Below are positions 59,476 through 64,000 of a stretch of 64,000 nt of DNA, one piece after another (the stretch's first letter is position 1; each line of letters begins with the position of its first letter). The position numbers were made by a program, and so were the translations under genes. The notes under the pieces were generated by a model that was not told the origin of the DNA, did no database searches, and was given only the letters and a program-made list of their open reading frames with translations. The stretch lies in assembly GCA_965218425.1 (NCBI GenBank), contig OZ244621.1, positions 3,200,001 to 3,264,000 of the forward strand, written 5' to 3'. This DNA is from an uncultured Candidatus Binatia bacterium (lineage in GTDB: Bacteria; Desulfobacterota; Binatia; UBA9968; CAXXLF01).

Positions 59476-59688
59476 TCAAAAGGCAGCTTGGCCTTGGAAG
59501 TCTCTTTTTAACTTGTGGTAGTTGGTAATCTCGCTAGCATTGGAGTGCATGTTAAATAGTTTTTTCTGGTGAAGGCAAGTCATCACTGCAAAGACGGCAA
59601 GGACCGGAAAGAAAAGCGCGGAAAAATAGTTCCTGTTTTTCATAGCGAAAAATTCAGCGATCAGAACTACGGCAAAAACACGCCACAA
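59476..59688 (-). CDS. AT-rich small hydrophobic ORF (hypothetical or degenerate)
   Basis: Two hydrophobic segments; no family recognised. Confidence 0.2.
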   Translation of the reverse strand: MWRVFAVVLIAEFFAMKNRNYFSALFFPVLAVFAVMTCLHQKKLFNMHSNASEITNYHKLKRDFQGQAAF

Positions 59689-59860
59689 AAAAATAGTAAA
59701 AACTTAAACATTGGGTGGTGTTTGTAACAATAACCCTGTCTCCTTCTCGATGAATCTAAGTTCTTTCTTGAGTTGCGGTGAGATCTCGGTTTCCGGACGC
59801 TAGCCCTCCATCTGCTATTCCAGGGACTTGGCAAAGAGAACTTGAAGCCCATAAAAAGGG

Positions 59861-59889
59861 TTGACCCAGTATCCTCGCCGCAGTAGATT
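59861..59889 (+). promoter_or_regulatory. sigma70-type promoter, probably giving a leaderless mRNA
   Basis: TTGACC-17-TAGATT; ATG 6 nt downstream; no RBS. Confidence 0.5.
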
Positions 59890-59895
59890 GGCGGT

Positions 59896-60732
59896 ATGGG
59901 AAGCGACCACGAGTTCGAAGTACAGGAACAGGACGTTGAATATTTTAACCAGGGTGGAAAGACCCGGCTGGCTCGCGTCTATCAACCCAAAGGAGCCGGC
60001 CCTTTTCCCACCATCATCGACGTACATGGGGGCGCCTGGCACAACGGGGATCGGAAGAATAATGTTGGCATCGACCGCTCCCTGGCGGCCAAGGGTATGG
60101 TGGTGGCGGCCCTGGATTTCCGGCAGCCACCGGAGGCGGGCTATCCAGCTTCCATCTGCGACGTGAACTTGGGTATTCGCTGGCTCAAGGCCCACGCGAC
60201 CGAGTTCGAGGGGACAGCCACCGTTGGGGCCTTTGGCAATTCCAGCGGGGGGCACCAGGTGGTGCTCAGTGGTCTTCGGCCGAGTTACCCAAGTTATACT
60301 TCGTTGGAGTTACCAAAGCATCCCGAAATCAATGCTGGCCTGTCCTATATTATCGCCGCATGGCCGGTGATTGACCCGCTATTCCGCTTCCACTTTGCCC
60401 AGAAATCCGACCGTCAGGAGCTGATCAAGGCCCATCTGGAATACTGGAAAACAGAAGACGCCATGGCGGAAGGCAGCCCCCAGACGGCCGTGGAGCAGGA
60501 CAAACAAGTGGAACTACCTCCCGTGCTCCTCCTGCTGAAGGAAAACGATACCAACCATCCGCTGGAGATGCAGGAGCGCTTTATCGCTTCCTATGGAAAA
60601 CGGGGAGGTGACATCGAGGTGCATACATTTAGCAGCCTGGCGGAACACCGAATGGTCCCATCCCCCGACAAACCGGAATCCATACGCCTCATCGAAGCCA
60701 TCACCGCATTCGCCTATCGGCACACCGGCTAG
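59896..60732 (+). CDS. Alpha/beta hydrolase (HSL-like esterase)
   Basis: HGGAW, GNSSGG, C-terminal D and H. Confidence 0.88.
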   Translation: MGSDHEFEVQEQDVEYFNQGGKTRLARVYQPKGAGPFPTIIDVHGGAWHNGDRKNNVGIDRSLAAKGMVVAALDFRQPPEAGYPASICDVNLGIRWLKAHATEFEGTATVGAFGNSSGGHQVVLSGLRPSYPSYTSLELPKHPEINAGLSYIIAAWPVIDPLFRFHFAQKSDRQELIKAHLEYWKTEDAMAEGSPQTAVEQDKQVELPPVLLLLKENDTNHPLEMQERFIASYGKRGGDIEVHTFSSLAEHRMVPSPDKPESIRLIEAITAFAYRHTG

Positions 60733-60750
60733 TGTTCCAATTGTTTGCTG

Positions 60751-61314
60751 TCAGCCTTCTGAATACTGGTTATCCGTTGAATTAGGATTGTTGGAAGGTT
60801 CGCTGAATGGACTGATGGCTTTGCACGAGGCTTCAATTCCGTTGGCAGGCGGTTCTTCCTTGTGGATTAATCCAAGCTGAGCAAGGACAGAGGCCTGGTC
60901 CCAGTAGATTCGCTCACCGGCGATTTTTCCGTTTTCAAACCGTACGACTACCACCACGGCCACCTCAACCCTTTTGCTCGTGGGCGGTACTCCTGGAAGC
61001 ATTCACGGCATCTCGACTGTGTGGGTGAACTTATGAATGAGTTCGCCCACAAGACGGTCCTCTCCAACCGTGCGGGCCACCGGTGTGATTTCGGTGTCCG
61101 GCGGCTGGGCGGGAATGAAATAGGTGCTGTAGAATTGTTGGACTGCACTGCGTCCAACGCCACCTGTCATTAAGGCAACGTGATTCACAAAAGGGGCCGA
61201 TGTCATGGTCGCCATGGTTGCATCGACGCTTTTTTCTTCGAACTCGGCGGCCATGTGTCGCTCCCACGTTTCAACCATTTCCCGTTGCTGGGCGTTGAGT
61301 CCTTGATCAGCCAT
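60751..61314 (-). pseudogene. SnoaL-like ester cyclase with an in-frame TGA at 61003-61005
   Basis: WERHMAAEF..ATM..VNHV..TGGVG..HTVEMP*MLPGVPPT..ERIYWDQASVL; the stop replaces an expected Trp. Confidence 0.85.
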
Positions 61315-61346
61315 GGGTCTTTCTCTTCCTTTCAATCGTCAGTAAT

Positions 61347-61616
61347 TTAGGGTTTGCCTCGGAGCGGGTTAGATGAGCCAGCATGAGATGTCAGGCAGTA
61401 GGCTCCCAGGGTTACCACGGTGGTAACGGTGCCCACCACTGTGAAAGCGATGAGAATGGTAGCGGCCACAAGTCGCAGGGCTAGGGGCAGTTTGCGCGGC
61501 GATGTTTCAAAGGAATCAGGTGATTCCATGATCCCAACCGGATTGACCCGGGGAAGTTGCAGGATCCTTGTTGGGTTTTCCTGTGACATCATGTCGAAAG
61601 AATGCGGTCCTCCCAT
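61347..61616 (-). CDS. Small hypothetical membrane protein (start uncertain)
   Basis: One long hydrophobic helix; begins just downstream of the 61625 gene. Confidence 0.5.
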   Translation of the reverse strand: MGGPHSFDMMSQENPTRILQLPRVNPVGIMESPDSFETSPRKLPLALRLVAATILIAFTVVGTVTTVVTLGAYCLTSHAGSSNPLRGKP

Positions 61617-61624
61617 AAGCGTTC

Positions 61625-62320
61625 TCAGTCAGGGATGGTCCAAACGTCGTAAAGGAGCTCCATCCGTCGCAGCGTTACTTCCCGGGTCTGCTCTTGCAGC
61701 GGGGCCGTTGAGAGGTAGCGCAGAGCGATTTCTTCGGCCAAAGTGCCATGCTCTTCGTCGGCTTCGAAATGCACGGTAAAAAACCTCACCTGCTCAGGTT
61801 TCAGACCATAATTTTTAATCAGACCTTTTCCCAAGGCGGCAACTGCCGGAGGGAATGTCCCCTCCGCGCCCATTTGGGCGGCCATAACCACAAACCAGGG
61901 GAGGGTGTGAACGATGAGCTCCGCGTAGTAAAGATGGGCAGCCGTTGCGGGGCGAAGCGCCGCGGTCTCCAGCTCATGGCGGGTGACGCCGATGGATTCT
62001 GCGAATTCCACAAACATGTCCGGGTGCCCGATACTGCCGGCACGAAGCCCACGAGTCTCGTCTTGCACCACCCCGTAAATCCTGGGCTGGAATTCCGGGT
62101 CGGTGCAGGCCAAGTAGCGGAGCATGGAGATACGCGGGACTATGCGCCGGAACTGATAGTCCTGCAGTGCCCAGGCGCGGATTTGTTCCATGGATGCCTT
62201 TCCTTCGGAAACGGAGAGGACAAAGGGATGGTTGACACGCTGCTTTGGGGAGCTTTTGATCTCTTCTCTTAAGCTGCGTACAAAATCTTTTGATGAAAGG
62301 ACTTGGGATTGCTCGGGCAT
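61625..62320 (-). CDS. TenA/PqqC/CADD-like iron-containing redox enzyme
   Basis: HPF, WALQDY, DE..G....H, AEG, FFTVHFEADEEH. Confidence 0.85.
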   Translation of the reverse strand: MPEQSQVLSSKDFVRSLREEIKSSPKQRVNHPFVLSVSEGKASMEQIRAWALQDYQFRRIVPRISMLRYLACTDPEFQPRIYGVVQDETRGLRAGSIGHPDMFVEFAESIGVTRHELETAALRPATAAHLYYAELIVHTLPWFVVMAAQMGAEGTFPPAVAALGKGLIKNYGLKPEQVRFFTVHFEADEEHGTLAEEIALRYLSTAPLQEQTREVTLRRMELLYDVWTIPD

Positions 62321-62504
62321 CTCCTGATCCTCCTGGCGGCCGTCTCGGCCGGCGTCGATCCCAGCCGCCCCATGGTTTACAACCAGCCGTGCATGGAAAC
62401 CGGTCCTTCGCGCTTAAAGTTCGGCCGACCCTTCGGTCCTAGCGGGGCATGGCCTCTCTCCGTTATACGGTCCGGCACCAACGGTGGGTGGAATCGATAC
62501 TTAG

Positions 62505-62789
62505 CTACCGGGTACGATGATATTCGTAACTTTCCACCTCACCGGCTCCACCGCGCAGGTCGGGTCGTGCCTGTGGGCGCTTCAGTTGTTCATGGGCGTC
62601 CAGCGCTCCCTGGTCGGTCCAGCGTTCCAGCAGAATTATCTTGTCGGGGTTCACGATGCTTTGGAAGGCCTCGAAGTGTTCGCAGCCCGGCTCTTTCATG
62701 GTATCCGCACAACGATCCGGATAGACCTTTGCCAGTTCGGCGCCTTTGCCCTCTTTCGCATTTATCGTAACGATGATTCGAATTGCCAT
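62505..62789 (-). CDS. Antibiotic-biosynthesis monooxygenase / putative quinol monooxygenase
   Basis: EPGCEHFE, LLERW...ALDAH; GGAGG RBS. Confidence 0.85.
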   Translation of the reverse strand: MAIRIIVTINAKEGKGAELAKVYPDRCADTMKEPGCEHFEAFQSIVNPDKIILLERWTDQGALDAHEQLKRPQARPDLRGGAGEVESYEYHRTR

Positions 62790-62908
62790 AGTGCACCCTC
62801 CATGGAATTGACGGGAAAACAGATCGCGTCTCGGGGCGAATGTTCCACGGATGGATAACACCGCAGGTCAAAGGTTGTCAAGAATCCAAAGCTTTACCCC
62901 TTCCACGT

Positions 62909-63187
62909 CTATTTGGAGGTCAACTCCCGTATAATCCGTTCCGGTCCGCCTTCAGGCATCGTGGCGAATGAAGGAAGCTTCGGATCCACGTAGTCCCATG
63001 AGGGTGCGCGGCTGGTGTATAGGATCATCTGGGGCTTGACCCTCTCCGGATCATCCAGGCTCGAAGCACGTGGGAATACCATTCCTGGCATGCCGGAATT
63101 TTTGGAATAGATGGGCGAGCCACAGGTAGGGCAGAAGCCGCGACTCACCATGTTCCCGCTATCAGCGGGGCGATCGTAGAATTTCAC
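62909..63187 (-). pseudogene. GFA-family protein lacking its N-terminus
   Basis: RGFCPTCGSP, SLDDP, W; the N-terminal CxCG and CHC..C Zn ligands are missing. Confidence 0.8.
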
Positions 63188-63189
63188 TA

Positions 63190-63507
63190 TTGGATATTTT
63201 AGGCGACCGGTGGACCCTCGTTTTGGTGCGGGATCTGCTGACGGGAAAAAAACGGTTCGCGGAGTTTCTTGAGTCCCCCGAACGTATTACCACGAGCATT
63301 CTCAGCGACCGGCTGTTGCTGATGGAGAAAATGGGCCTGATTCGAAAGGTCCAGTATCAGAACAATCCCATACGGTTCGACTACAAACTGACTAAAAAAG
63401 GCCTGGGATTGCTTCCCGTTGTTCAAGAAATTTGCCGGTGGGCCAACCGCTTTATTCCCGGTACCTGGAAACCTCCTGAGAGTTTCCTGAAGCGCACGAT
63501 TAAATAG
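63190..63507 (+). pseudogene. HxlR-family winged-helix regulator lacking its first residues and promoter
   Basis: LDILGDRWTLVLVRDL..KKRF.EF, LSDRL, Y.LT.KG. Confidence 0.8.
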
Positions 63508-63558
63508 GGCTTTGCAGATCAAGGGCCGCATAAGAATGTTTCGGTCCGGCGCAACGAT

Positions 63559-64000
63559 TTATCCGGGTTTGGCGGGTGGTGGCGGAATGGGTTCATCCGC
63601 CGGTAGCTTGGAAATAATCTCTTCAGCGATACCCATTTGCTCCACAAGAAACTTCACTCTCTCCGTGCTTTTCATGAACTCACTGGTTGTCTGACCGTCT
63701 GCCCTTATGGTGATCTTCCGATCCGCAACGACTCCCGTGACCTGATCCTGAGTATTGCTCCTGGCATAGAGGAAATAGTTGAAGGGACTCCAGGCACGTG
63801 TACCCTGGTAGTACCGATCAAAGGTAGACGTAGATACGTCCATCGAATCGATGCGGCACCATATGCCTTCGAGGCGATGGAGAGGGCGCCAGAAAATTTG
63901 CCACTGTTCAGCACGTCTTTCGAGCTGGACCCGTGCGGCCGGATGCCCGGCCTCACTGGGGGAGCTATCCAGCAATGGGAGCGGATGCTCGGTTAGCATG
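63559..64000 (-). CDS. Arylamine N-acetyltransferase-like protein, C-terminal part; 5' end outside the window
   Basis: SPFN..L, ...FLVEQMGI pattern of NAT C-termini; catalytic residues not visible. Confidence 0.5.
   Translation of the reverse strand, partial: MLTEHPLPLLDSSPSEAGHPAARVQLERRAEQWQIFWRPLHRLEGIWCRIDSMDVSTSTFDRYYQGTRAWSPFNYFLYARSNTQDQVTGVVADRKITIRADGQTTSEFMKSTERVKFLVEQMGIAEEIISKLPADEPIPPPPAKPG

Noticed and set aside
48594..61314. Alternative genetic code or stop-codon reassignment
   Set aside because: The interrupting stops are of all three types, and all three also end intact genes normally; no Sec/Pyl machinery is visible
61625..62320. PQQ biosynthesis locus
   Set aside because: No pqqA/B/D/E nearby; only the fold family is shared
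62325..62460. Riboswitch upstream of the PqqC-like gene
   Set aside because: GC-rich hairpins are present, but no TPP, cobalamin or SAM consensus was recognised

Overview
A ~55% GC bacterial window. The gene content resembles Candidatus Binatia / Deltaproteobacteria-like metagenomic genomes: expanded LLM, amidohydrolase, bicupin, heme-oxygenase-like and MFS families. That assignment is inference only. Core functions: a dpp/opp ABC operon, tRNA-Ser(TGA), ampG, acnA, rlpA, yebC-ruvCAB and ychF. Metabolic blocks: a CoA-transferase / MaoC / acyl-CoA dehydrogenase / CitE-like lyase cluster resembling itaconate-type C5-dicarboxylate catabolism, and an amidohydrolase followed by three tandem atypical SDR paralogs. 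An accessory island (~16.3-25.9 kb) holds a single-chain Type IIG restriction-modification enzyme, IS5/IS1/RAYT remnants, two candidate small RNAs and a DUF547-TVP38-flavoprotein reductase cassette. An intact IS3 element with a 4-bp target duplication lies at 55.6-56.9 kb, and there are many deletion scars and nonsense pseudogenes. The most striking feature is an NtrY-like sensor kinase followed by one ORF that fuses an NtrX-like receiver domain to LpxC. This suggests direct two-component control of the committed step of lipid A synthesis. All calls rest on motif recognition by eye; no searches were run.
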